A stretch of DNA of 57,459 nt from a virus (taxonomy: Duplodnaviria > Caudoviricetes), in the IMG/VR virus record IMGVR_UViG_3300020508_000007, positions 1 to 57,459 of that record; one strand, given 5' to 3'. This document shows, piece after piece, positions 48,531-57,459 of the stretch. A program made the position numbers and the translations under genes. The number at the start of each line of letters is the position of its first letter. Position 1 is the stretch's first letter. Below the pieces are notes generated by a model. It ran no database searches. It had not been told where the DNA came from and saw only the letters and a list, made by a program, of their open reading frames with translations.

Positions 48531-48977
48531 ATGATAAAAATAAATCAATTCTGCGTATTGTTGGCAATTTCTTTATTTCTTTTATCTGGCTGTAGAAGAG
48601 AGCCTGTTTCAGTAAGAGAAAATGAAATTTTTCTTACTGAACTTCTTTTTGTTCATAATGTTGAAAGGGGCAAGCAAGGCTTAGCTCAATTACAATTAGA
48701 TTCAGATCTTATGACCACTGCACAAGAATGGGCAGAAACTATGGCCGCAAGAAAAAGAATGTTTCATGGAAATACTTTTATGCATGAAAAATTTAAATTA
48801 GGCGGAGAAAACATAGCAAGAGGACAAGACAGTATTGACAAGCTAATCGTAGGTTGGATGAATTCAACTAGCCATCGAAATAATATACTTAATACAGAGT
48901 TTACTCATGCTGGTCTTGGATACGCCAGAGCATCTAATGGAGATTTATATTGGTGTGTTCAGTTTGGTGGCGACTGA
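48531..48977 (+). CDS. CAP/SCP domain lipoprotein
   Basis: LSGC lipobox; HNVER, GENIA and WMNSTSHRNNIL motifs. Confidence 0.88.
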   Translation: MIKINQFCVLLAISLFLLSGCRREPVSVRENEIFLTELLFVHNVERGKQGLAQLQLDSDLMTTAQEWAETMAARKRMFHGNTFMHEKFKLGGENIARGQDSIDKLIVGWMNSTSHRNNILNTEFTHAGLGYARASNGDLYWCVQFGGD

Positions 48978-48979
48978 CA

Positions 48980-49534
48980 TTATATTCTATCATACATAAA
49001 TGTTGGAAATCTATGTGCGATAATTTTAAATAGAGATTCTGTGCCTGTAACTGAAAATAAGATTTTTAATCTTTTGCCATCGTGATTGATATTACAATTT
49101 AAATCAAGTTCATTAAAATATTGCAAGATAATTTTGGTTCCTTCTTCGCCAAACTTAGTTGTGTTTATGTAGGCGTTTTTCTTTCCTCTACCTGTTTTGC
49201 CGCCACTGTCTAAAAACCACATGGCAATTCCGGTATCTGTAAGAGTGTCTAAAATTGACATTTTTATCTGTCTATTTGGTCCATTATACAAATCCTCATA
49301 TAGTTTTGTTATCGATTCATGGCAACATGAATTACATCGATAGGTGTTGCCATACTTGTGCAATTTCATTTCTGAAAAATAACCGTTCATCTCAGCCATT
49401 TTATAAAAAAGCCATTTTTCATTTTGGCTTCGCATGGAAAGATAGTAATTAATTCCTTTAGGTGGCTTTACTAAAGATGATCCACCTAATACAGTTCCCA
49501 ACAAAACTTGTGATTGAAAATTATAATAAACCAT
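48980..49534 (-). CDS. Free-standing double-motif LAGLIDADG protein with degenerate active sites
   Basis: LLGTVLGGSSL (usually LGDG) and AMWFLDSG (usually DDG); INTTKF. Confidence 0.75.
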   Translation of the reverse strand: MVYYNFQSQVLLGTVLGGSSLVKPPKGINYYLSMRSQNEKWLFYKMAEMNGYFSEMKLHKYGNTYRCNSCCHESITKLYEDLYNGPNRQIKMSILDTLTDTGIAMWFLDSGGKTGRGKKNAYINTTKFGEEGTKIILQYFNELDLNCNINHDGKRLKILFSVTGTESLFKIIAHRFPTFMYDRI

Positions 49535-49669
49535 GCTTTTATGTAGTTTTTACTTTTGTTTTTTCATGTACCAAATTTTATTCTAAACATGCACCTCTTA
49601 TGGGTTAATTAATTGCACAAAGCATAACTACCTTTGATTTGTTCCTCTTTCATATTTAAGGAGATCACT

Positions 49670-50011
49670 ATGGCTGCTACTTCTGTAACCGGCGTGGGCC
49701 TTGGCTCTGCTGTTAAACAACAAAAAGGTTCTGAGCATTTGAGCATTGGTGCTGAAAAGATTATCGGTCCAAGAGTTGTTTATGCTGGGCTTCACACTTT
49801 GGATAGTTCTGGCGACTTAACCATCAAGCTTCCTGAGCTTGCTGGTGTCTCCGCAGATTATGTTGTATTGGTAACTGAAGCTGGTGTTGCTGCTGCGGCA
49901 GCAGTTGCTGCTTCTTTGGCAATTACAACTGGTGCGACTACCATCGTTTTGAAGGGTCCAGCAACCACCGCTTGCAACGTACTTGTTGTGAAGGCTGGAT
50001 TGGCTGTTTAA
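49670..50011 (+). CDS. Small A/G/V/T-rich probable virion protein
   Basis: AAGGAG site, composition, and its own terminator. Confidence 0.6.
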   Translation: MAATSVTGVGLGSAVKQQKGSEHLSIGAEKIIGPRVVYAGLHTLDSSGDLTIKLPELAGVSADYVVLVTEAGVAAAAAVAASLAITTGATTIVLKGPATTACNVLVVKAGLAV

Positions 50012-50043
50012 TTAAATTCTGTTTGACAACAGACGTTACCCAG

Positions 50044-50070
50044 AACCCACTTCAAATGAAGTGGGTTTTT
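50044..50070 (+). terminator. Rho-independent terminator
   Basis: AACCCACTTCA/TGAAGTGGGTT followed by a T run. Confidence 0.75.
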
Positions 50071-50083
50071 ATTTGTCTTACTG

Positions 50084-51019
50084 CTAAGGAGTAACTAAAT
50101 CAGCAGATTGTAAAGTGTAGGGAATTTCTGTTATTTGGTTCGGATTTTTGTTTGCTCCTGAATACTGATATTGAATTTTTCTTCCAAGATCTCCAGCTTT
50201 TGCACCTGCTGGGTATTCAATAATTTCAGTTATTCTATCGCTCCCATCCACTGTCAGTTTTTGAAAAGAAAATAATCCAGAAGCTCTTCCGCCTACGAGT
50301 TCCCAGTCTTGCTTCATGGTATTTGAATCCAATTCAAGACTATTTCCTCTCGCATCTACAGCATTATCGATAATAAAATCATCAATTTGAGATGCTCCAC
50401 CAGAATTGCTAGGATCTAAAAGAATCAAAACATTAGTTTCGTCTATTGGATCTGACATATTTCCTCCCCAAATTTTACATTTAGCAAAATAGTTTGGAAG
50501 TTGTGCTACGCCAGCTTTTGCATTAAAACCTAAAACTGTTTCAGCCCCTGAATTTAAAACAATAAACTTCATTCTTGAAGTTTCAAATTTTTGAATAATC
50601 ACAATTCTGGTATGGAACCCAGAACTATCTTTGTGAAGACTAGCTGTAAAGAAGGTAGAAAAGGTTGGGTCTGCATTTAAAATTGTTGTTATTTGAGCAG
50701 GTGTTATTGCTGAAGATGTAGGTGCTGGACTTAAAGCAGCATAAGTGTTGTCAGTCAAATCTACAGTTATATTGGTATAGTTTTGGAAGGTGCCATTTGT
50801 GGTCAATCTAAATGTAAGAATGGCTTTTGAGTTGCCATCAACATCGTTACCTGAGAGATTGTAAGTTGCAGGAGAGCCCACAGGCTCTTTCCATGCACTT
50901 ACCAAAGTGTCGGATCTACCAGCATTTGGTGGACAGACGAAGGCGATTGAATACTGTCGGTCACCTAAAACCCAATTTCCTCTGAATTCTGTTGAAAAGG
51001 GATTTTGAAAATAAGCCAT
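50084..51019 (-). CDS. Probable structural protein
   Basis: GAGGA before ATG 51019; T/S/N-rich composition. Confidence 0.6.
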   Translation of the reverse strand: MAYFQNPFSTEFRGNWVLGDRQYSIAFVCPPNAGRSDTLVSAWKEPVGSPATYNLSGNDVDGNSKAILTFRLTTNGTFQNYTNITVDLTDNTYAALSPAPTSSAITPAQITTILNADPTFSTFFTASLHKDSSGFHTRIVIIQKFETSRMKFIVLNSGAETVLGFNAKAGVAQLPNYFAKCKIWGGNMSDPIDETNVLILLDPSNSGGASQIDDFIIDNAVDARGNSLELDSNTMKQDWELVGGRASGLFSFQKLTVDGSDRITEIIEYPAGAKAGDLGRKIQYQYSGANKNPNQITEIPYTLQSADLVTP

Positions 51020-51204
51020 GATTTCCTCATATAATAAAACTAAGGGTATATAGGTCAAAGTTAGGGTATTTTTGCCAGAAATGGAATCTAACAATGTTTA
51101 AGTTTACCTTAACTTCTAAGTTGATTTTGTTGCAAATATTTTTTGATGTTTACTAATATAGCGATAGACACTAGTCTTTTATTTTGAATAGAAAAGGAAT
51201 CATT

Positions 51205-51552
51205 ATGTCGAACAAAATCGTTGACGCCACAGGCAAAGAATTAAGAGCAGCACTTCCCAAGGCAAAAAGCGTTCGTCCTTTCGGATCTAAAATGCTTGTT
51301 GAAGTTTTACGAGCAGATGAAATCATGGGCTCTAGTCTTCATATTTCAGAAAACGCCACTGTGGATGGTGCCCCACAAGCTTACATTACTGCTATGGGAC
51401 CAAATGTTCCAGAGGATTGTGGTTTAGAAGTAGGTCAAAGAGTCTACTGGACTGGCCGAGGTACCGAAATTGAAAACCCCGCCTGCACAACAGGAAGAAT
51501 AAATGCTCTGCTTGAAATTAGCAATATTTTAGCAATCATTTCAGAAGAGTAA
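51205..51552 (+). CDS. GroES-like co-chaperonin (functional analogue of T4 gp31)
   Basis: VRPFGSKMLVE, AMGP, LEVGQRV and NILAII match the Cpn10 pattern. Confidence 0.75.
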   Translation: MSNKIVDATGKELRAALPKAKSVRPFGSKMLVEVLRADEIMGSSLHISENATVDGAPQAYITAMGPNVPEDCGLEVGQRVYWTGRGTEIENPACTTGRINALLEISNILAIISEE

Positions 51553-51553
51553 T

Positions 51554-52498
51554 ATGAATTTTCTTGTTATACCATCTATTCGCAAAGACAGCATCCAACA
51601 CTTTCTGATTGAATGGAAAGATGTGGGTGGTTGGGATGCTGTCATTTTGGTTGAAGATAATCCAACTAAAACTTTTGAAGTAGATGTTAATTATCATTTT
51701 TCTTGGAAAGAAATAGACGAGGAGCTTAAAGCTGATTCTTGGATTATTTCTCGTCGAGATAGTGCCATACGATGCTTTGGATTCTACAAAGCTTGGCAAT
51801 TAGGTGCAAAAAACATTTTTACATTAGATGATGATTGTTTGCCAACATTTGATAGCTTTTGCAAAGAACACATTCAAAACTTGCATCACACAAGCAAATG
51901 GGGAGAATCAGTTTTAGGATACAGAACTAGAGGTCTTCCTTACAGAAACAAAGGCTGTCTTACAAATGTTAAGTTCAGCATGGGTTTATGGCAAGGCGTC
52001 CCTGATTTTGATGCGATTCAAATGTTTAAATTTGAAGACCAACCATCAATTGAATTGACCAAAACAAGACTAATGCCACGCAATCAATACTTTCCATTCT
52101 GCGGAATGAATTTTGCCTTCACAAGCGATGTAACGCCATTAACGTATTTTCCTTTGATGGGAATGAATAGTCCATATGGGCGTTTTGATGATATTTGGTT
52201 TGGTATTATTTGCAAAAAAGTATGCGATCATCTGGATTACCATATAGCATGTGGAAAGCCATATATTTTTCACAGCAAAGCAAGTGATGCCTTCAACAAT
52301 CTGGTGAAAGAAGCTCCGGGAATCAAATTTAATGAAAACTTTTGGGAAATAATTGATGGTATTGAGCTTAAAACAAGAACGCCCATTTCATGCATGAAAG
52401 AAATTGGTCAAAACTTGGAAGGTCATGAGAATGATTATTTGAAAAAATTAGGACAAGCGATTTGTATTTGGGCAAATCTCTTTATTCCCAATCCATAG
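51554..52498 (+). CDS. RGP/UDP-arabinopyranose mutase (GT75) homologue
   Basis: DSAIRCFGF, TLDDDC, RGLPY, GLWQGVPDFDA, CGMNFAF, GRFDDIW, CDHL and HSKAS..FNNLVKE are collinear with plant RGP motifs. Confidence 0.85.
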   Translation: MNFLVIPSIRKDSIQHFLIEWKDVGGWDAVILVEDNPTKTFEVDVNYHFSWKEIDEELKADSWIISRRDSAIRCFGFYKAWQLGAKNIFTLDDDCLPTFDSFCKEHIQNLHHTSKWGESVLGYRTRGLPYRNKGCLTNVKFSMGLWQGVPDFDAIQMFKFEDQPSIELTKTRLMPRNQYFPFCGMNFAFTSDVTPLTYFPLMGMNSPYGRFDDIWFGIICKKVCDHLDYHIACGKPYIFHSKASDAFNNLVKEAPGIKFNENFWEIIDGIELKTRTPISCMKEIGQNLEGHENDYLKKLGQAICIWANLFIPNP

Positions 52499-52868
52499 AA
52501 TAAATCCAACTTTTATCTTTGGCTCGAATTTCAGCGTTGATGATTTCAGAGGTTATAACGACTTGCTGCGTTTCTTCTATCACAAACTCAAATCTCATTC
52601 CACATCCAATCCAATTTTCTTTTGGCACTATTGCATTTTCTATAACTGATCCAAGCGGACATATGATTGTCGGATCAGGAAACCTTGGTTTGTTGTTCGA
52701 TCTGTTTCCACCAGAAATTAACCCTTTTTTGTTTTCTAACAATTCTATTTCATAGTCTGAATTTTTAGTTTTCAAAATAATTAAGGTGTGGAGGGGGAAA
52801 AAAGAAAAGTAAAAACCTTTATCTTTTGAATCGAAAGCTTTCTTTGAAAGACCAAACAAATTGACCAT
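52482..52868 (-). CDS. Hypothetical protein
   Basis: 128-aa ORF with GAGG site. Confidence 0.6.
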   Translation of the reverse strand: MVNLFGLSKKAFDSKDKGFYFSFFPLHTLIILKTKNSDYEIELLENKKGLISGGNRSNNKPRFPDPTIICPLGSVIENAIVPKENWIGCGMRFEFVIEETQQVVITSEIINAEIRAKDKSWIYSMDWE

Positions 52869-52967
52869 AAATGCCTCGCAATCGCCCTTGTCTGAGCAAC
52901 TCTTTTATTATAAGATATTTACTGAAATATAGTGCAAGTTTTTGTAGCAAAAATGCGAGAATCATAT

Positions 52968-54050
52968 ATGGAAATCACCGAAAAACCTCAAATCGACTTG
53001 ACAGAGAGACAAAAGTGGGCCTTATTCCAACTTGTTAATGGAATTCGAGAAAAAAATCTCTTGGAGCAATCCCTTGGAGGCTATGCTGGAACGGGTAAAA
53101 CCACACTGATCAAATATCTAACCAAATTCTTCCCAGAATACGCTGTGGCTGCTTATACGGGAAAAGCTGCGAACGTTTTGCGTAAAAAAGGAATTTCAGC
53201 AACAACTATTCACTCAAGAATTTACAAACCATTTTTTGATAATGGAGTCGTGTATTTTGATCTAAACCCAGACGTGGGTTGTGCTGGCTTTATAATTGAT
53301 GAAGCTTCTATGGTGTCTCAAGACATTTATGATGATCTTAAAAGTTTTGGGTTGCCTATGGTTTTTGTAGGAGATCACGGACAACTTGAGCCCGTTGATT
53401 CAAAATTAAACCTGATGGAAAAGCCTGATTATACTTTGGAAGAAATACATAGAAACGCTGGTGATATTGCAAGATTTGCAGAACACTTACGCATGGGATT
53501 TGCGTCTCGTAGCTTTCGTGGTTCAGACGCCACGGTAGAGTTTTTGCCGGGCCGAGCACTGAAAGATGAGATTTTATGTGAAGTAAATCAAGTAATTTGT
53601 GCGTTCAATAAAACTCGGGTTGCCACAAACATCCAAATTAGAAAAGCCCTTGGATACGAGGGTTTACTAAATATTGGGGAAAGAATAATGTGTTTAAAAA
53701 ATAATCGAAAAGCCGGATTGTTTAATGGAATGCAAGGGATTGTGCGTAACCTATACAAACTCAAAAGTAGAAGTTATATAGACTTTGAGTTTGATGGAGA
53801 AATTCTTGAAGGCGTGTGCTTCGATGACTCTTGCTTCGGGCAAGAGTCATATCAAATTAAACAAAAAGGTCAAGATGGTCCAAATCCTTTTGATTATGCC
53901 TATTGCATAACAGGTCATAAATCTCAAGGCGATGAATGGGATGATGTTCTTGTAATCGAGCAAATGTGTAAAAATTGGGCTCACAAGCGATGGGCTTACA
54001 CAGCAGCTAGTCGTGCCAAAAAGAAACTTAGATGGAAAGCAGCCTCTTAA
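52968..54050 (+). CDS. SF1B DNA helicase (Dda/RecD-like)
   Basis: GYAGTGKTT, TGKAA, TIHS, IDEASMV, GDHGQL, HKSQG and YTAASRA motifs. Confidence 0.92.
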   Translation: MEITEKPQIDLTERQKWALFQLVNGIREKNLLEQSLGGYAGTGKTTLIKYLTKFFPEYAVAAYTGKAANVLRKKGISATTIHSRIYKPFFDNGVVYFDLNPDVGCAGFIIDEASMVSQDIYDDLKSFGLPMVFVGDHGQLEPVDSKLNLMEKPDYTLEEIHRNAGDIARFAEHLRMGFASRSFRGSDATVEFLPGRALKDEILCEVNQVICAFNKTRVATNIQIRKALGYEGLLNIGERIMCLKNNRKAGLFNGMQGIVRNLYKLKSRSYIDFEFDGEILEGVCFDDSCFGQESYQIKQKGQDGPNPFDYAYCITGHKSQGDEWDDVLVIEQMCKNWAHKRWAYTAASRAKKKLRWKAAS

Positions 54051-54382
54051 CAATCCTTTAGCTTTTCTGCTTCAACTATCATGCGTTCATAATAAGCTTG
54101 AGCTAATGCGTGAGCTTCTGCATATTCAACTAGGTCCGATTCATTCCACAGCCCATTAAATGTGTCTTTATAGACCACATTTAATCTACCATATGTCTTT
54201 TTAAAATTGCTAACAAGACGTTCTTTCAATACAATCTTTTCAAGCTTTCCTTTACGAGCAGCATGAATGTTATAAAGAATATCTCTTGCATAATATTTTG
54301 TGTACACTTGTTGAATGTATCTGATAAAACTGCAACTTTTGACTACAACGCCTCCAGACATGTTAATATTATGGGTAATCAT
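54047..54382 (-). CDS. Hypothetical protein related to the C-terminal module of the upstream repeat protein
   Basis: Coupled by ATGA overlap; begins with one MSGGVVV repeat. Confidence 0.65.
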   Translation of the reverse strand: MITHNINMSGGVVVKSCSFIRYIQQVYTKYYARDILYNIHAARKGKLEKIVLKERLVSNFKKTYGRLNVVYKDTFNGLWNESDLVEYAEAHALAQAYYERMIVEAEKLKDC

Positions 54383-57300
54383 AGTGGTGCCTCCTCTACT
54401 TGGTCATCGCCTTGAAACGAAAGAGCCCCAATTATTGGATTAGGGTCATTGACTGAATTTTTAAATTGTTTGTAATTTTCCCATAGTTCATTACTAATTC
54501 TAGTAATTTTTTCTCTTTGCATAATAGACTCTGAAATTTTCAAAGGATAAGGATACGAAGGAGTGACTTTTTCTGTTGGGTTTTTTTGAAATCTATTGTT
54601 CTTTTTAGAAATTTTAGATTGTGTGTTGGTTGTTTTTTCTCTATGAGAAACTTCTTCAGAGATCTTAATTGGCTCTGGAATAACGGCTGTCTCGCTTCCA
54701 CTGGGATCAATACTTCCTTTAATGAATCGACTGTAACGACGTGCCAATTCATCCGCGATTTTTGATTTACGTAGGTTTTCAAATCCTGATTCAGAAATAA
54801 GTTCTGTTTCAGGAAAAACGCCTATATCTGTGATGTAGTACCAAATGTCCTCAATATTTCTATAACCACGAATTATTGCTTTTAAATATTGAACAGGCAT
54901 GGCCTGCTTTTGAACATAAACAATTTCATTAATTCGATATTTTCTTGGTAAGTTTTGCGTGCTACTGTTTAAAATTACACGACCTGTAGCGTTTCCACCA
55001 ACAATTATTCCGCCATATACTGGCTGAATATAACCATATACTACTGATGAAGATCCGTTTAGAACTATCCCACCAGACATAATGTCCACATAGAAATTAG
55101 TGATCATCCCACCACTAATTACTACGCCACCGAAGGATCTAATGTCGTACTCTACATTAAAATCAACTTGTCCAAAACAATTAGCCCCACCAGAAGTAAG
55201 TTCATTTACTACACGAACGATGAGGCTTTCACCATTGATTTGGGCACCACCAAACATCAATTCAGAACTATCAATAAAGACTTTTGATTGTCCATTAGCT
55301 AAAATGCCTCCTGTTGATATTACTTGTGTGATTTCTTCGTATATTGACTGACCGTTAACCAGCGATCCACCAGAGCCAATGTTTGAAAGAATAGTATTAG
55401 CTGTTGATTCAGTGCCTAGTGTTACGCCACCAAAAACTAATGGATTGTATGTGGCATTGGTCTGAACAAATCCTGAGATAACCAGTCCACCACTTGATTC
55501 TAAATGATATGTAATTTGAACTGAAGCGTTGCCGCTTACTTGAATTCTTCCAACTGCATTTTCAAAATCATAGAATTCTTGTTTCGATTGACCAGATACT
55601 ATTGCTCCGCCAGAAATTATGTGAGCATATACCAGAACAACTTGTGAGTCTCCGCTTGTTTTGACACCACCAGCAAGTAGAGGTTTATAGAGTGCTGTTG
55701 TTGTTGCCAAGCCACTTAAAATCGCTCCAGAAGAGGCTCTTAAAATGTAAAATGCTTGAATTAAGGCTGTGCCTTGTACTTTTAAGCCACCACTCACAAA
55801 AATATTTATTTGTGTTTGTGAATTTGATTGTCCACCTATGGTCAGTCCAAAGCTTGGCAAAAAATTGTAAATAAATCTTGAAACTGCTAGTCCGCCAATT
55901 TTTAAGCCACCAGAAGAAATATTGGTGCCTATGATTGAAACACTTGCAGAGCCTGATGTAGAAGCTCCACCACTTCCTATTGATTGATAGACGATATTAC
56001 TTATTGCAGATCCATTTGAGAATAGTCCACCAAAAGATTGTAATGTATATCTTACAAAAGTCTCAGCAGACCCTGAAAGTTCAACACCATTAATCGAAAT
56101 AATGTTATATGTTACAATTGCTTTCGATGTACCAGCAATAGTTGCACCACCAGACATTGATATCGCAACATCGCCAATTTGATCAGATTCTCCACCAGCA
56201 ACTACACCACCTGATACTGGTATGTTGTATGTGGCATTAGAGTTTGCCGCTCCATTTGCCTTAATGCCTCCAGACATAACTTCCAAATCATTGAAGATCT
56301 GTGATGCTGATCCATTTGTTTTCGCACCTCCACTACCAGTAATATTGTAAATAAGATTTACAAATGCAGAGCCGTTGTTTACAACACCATTTGAAGCAAT
56401 TGCTCTGTAAATTGTAAATACCAAAGAACTTCCAGAGGAAATAGAGCCACCAGAAGATTGGAATCTCACGATGTATTGTGTTTCTGTTTGTCCAGAAGTT
56501 AAAACTCCACTAGCTGCAATTATATTATTGACAACTTGAATATTCGCTGAGCCGCCTGATAATGTCCCGTTGCTTCCAATAATTGTATAAACAACCAACG
56601 GCCTTACTGCACCATTTGTGATTATTCCGCCTGCTGCAAAAACGCTATAAGACGCACTTGAAATTGAGCTTCCATTTACAGAAACCCCACCATTCATGGT
56701 CTGAGAGTTTCTCAAACTTACATTTGAAACACCTCCTAAGGAACACCCACTTACAGCTACGATGTTGTAGCTTGCAGAAATAATTGATGTGCCGCTTGCT
56801 CTTGCCCCTCCAGACATAGCCTCAAGATCTAAAAATGCCTTTTCTGCTGTGCCACTTACAGAAATGCCGCCAGTAGAAAACACATTGTAAATTGCTCGTG
56901 AGTTGGCTGTTCCGCTGACAACTAAACCATTAGACATAGATGTGTTGCCGACAAAAACGACAACAGATACGCCATTAAGAATTACGCCACTTGTAGCAAA
57001 TACATTATAAGATGCACTCGCAAAAGCAGTTCCAGTGACCGCTATTCCATTCGTTGCAAGCACATTGTATGATATAGAACTATTTGCTATACCGTTTACG
57101 GAAACGCCACCAAAAGTTTCTTGAGTCGTGCTTATTGTGCCTTGTGATGCACCTTGAGCAATTAAACCACCTGATGCAGCCGCACTATAGATCGCTACAA
57201 TTGATGCAGATCCATTTAAAGCAACACCACCAGTGATTGTTGTTATGTTTTGGATTGTAACAGCGGCAGTGCCACTAGCAACAACACCTCCACTCAAACT

Positions 57301-57459
57301 TGTATTATAGCTTGCTACAACTTGTGATGTTCCATTAACGTTTACAAAACCAGTTATCGTAGTGGAATATATTGACGAATTAACTGCCGTGCCATTAACT
57401 ACAATGCCGCCAGTTGCAATAACATTATCTGTAACGACATTTACTGCCGTGCCATTAAC
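54379..57459 (-). CDS. Long Gly/Ser-rich ~21-aa repeat protein, probable fibre or structural protein, start outside the window
   Basis: Frame stays open from 57459; repeat consensus SGG(I/V)xxxGxAxxxxxYxxxx. Confidence 0.75.
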   Translation of the reverse strand, partial: VNGTAVNVVTDNVIATGGIVVNGTAVNSSIYSTTITGFVNVNGTSQVVASYNTSLSGGVVASGTAAVTIQNITTITGGVALNGSASIVAIYSAAASGGLIAQGASQGTISTTQETFGGVSVNGIANSSISYNVLATNGIAVTGTAFASASYNVFATSGVILNGVSVVVFVGNTSMSNGLVVSGTANSRAIYNVFSTGGISVSGTAEKAFLDLEAMSGGARASGTSIISASYNIVAVSGCSLGGVSNVSLRNSQTMNGGVSVNGSSISSASYSVFAAGGIITNGAVRPLVVYTIIGSNGTLSGGSANIQVVNNIIAASGVLTSGQTETQYIVRFQSSGGSISSGSSLVFTIYRAIASNGVVNNGSAFVNLIYNITGSGGAKTNGSASQIFNDLEVMSGGIKANGAANSNATYNIPVSGGVVAGGESDQIGDVAISMSGGATIAGTSKAIVTYNIISINGVELSGSAETFVRYTLQSFGGLFSNGSAISNIVYQSIGSGGASTSGSASVSIIGTNISSGGLKIGGLAVSRFIYNFLPSFGLTIGGQSNSQTQINIFVSGGLKVQGTALIQAFYILRASSGAILSGLATTTALYKPLLAGGVKTSGDSQVVLVYAHIISGGAIVSGQSKQEFYDFENAVGRIQVSGNASVQITYHLESSGGLVISGFVQTNATYNPLVFGGVTLGTESTANTILSNIGSGGSLVNGQSIYEEITQVISTGGILANGQSKVFIDSSELMFGGAQINGESLIVRVVNELTSGGANCFGQVDFNVEYDIRSFGGVVISGGMITNFYVDIMSGGIVLNGSSSVVYGYIQPVYGGIIVGGNATGRVILNSSTQNLPRKYRINEIVYVQKQAMPVQYLKAIIRGYRNIEDIWYYITDIGVFPETELISESGFENLRKSKIADELARRYSRFIKGSIDPSGSETAVIPEPIKISEEVSHREKTTNTQSKISKKNNRFQKNPTEKVTPSYPYPLKISESIMQREKITRISNELWENYKQFKNSVNDPNPIIGALSFQGDDQVEEAPL

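Overview
This window is a gene-dense, AT-rich fragment of a large T4-like (myovirus-type) phage genome. It holds the head module (large terminase, portal, prohead protease, scaffold, gp23-like major capsid), a GroES-like co-chaperonin, primase, Dda-like helicase, a RecB/Cas4-like nuclease and many accessory genes. Features not visible in the ORF track: (1) a group I intron after codon 5 of the portal gene, which also carries an intein; (2) a CCA-less tRNA-Ile2(CAU) split by a 490-nt group I intron, next to an HD + CCA-adding enzyme; (3) about 12 unrelated ORFs sharing an N-terminal MxxFxxW/F(L/I)xE tag resembling the T4 capsid-targeting sequence, often behind a TAnATA motif 4-6 nt before the ATG; (4) a tandem array of coupled QVxx-repeat microprotein genes. 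The ORF track also shows a nicotinamidase-vWA-PP2C-kinase (TerY-P-like) cluster and a plant-type UDP-arabinopyranose mutase (RGP/GT75) homologue. All calls come from reading motifs by eye; no database searches were run.
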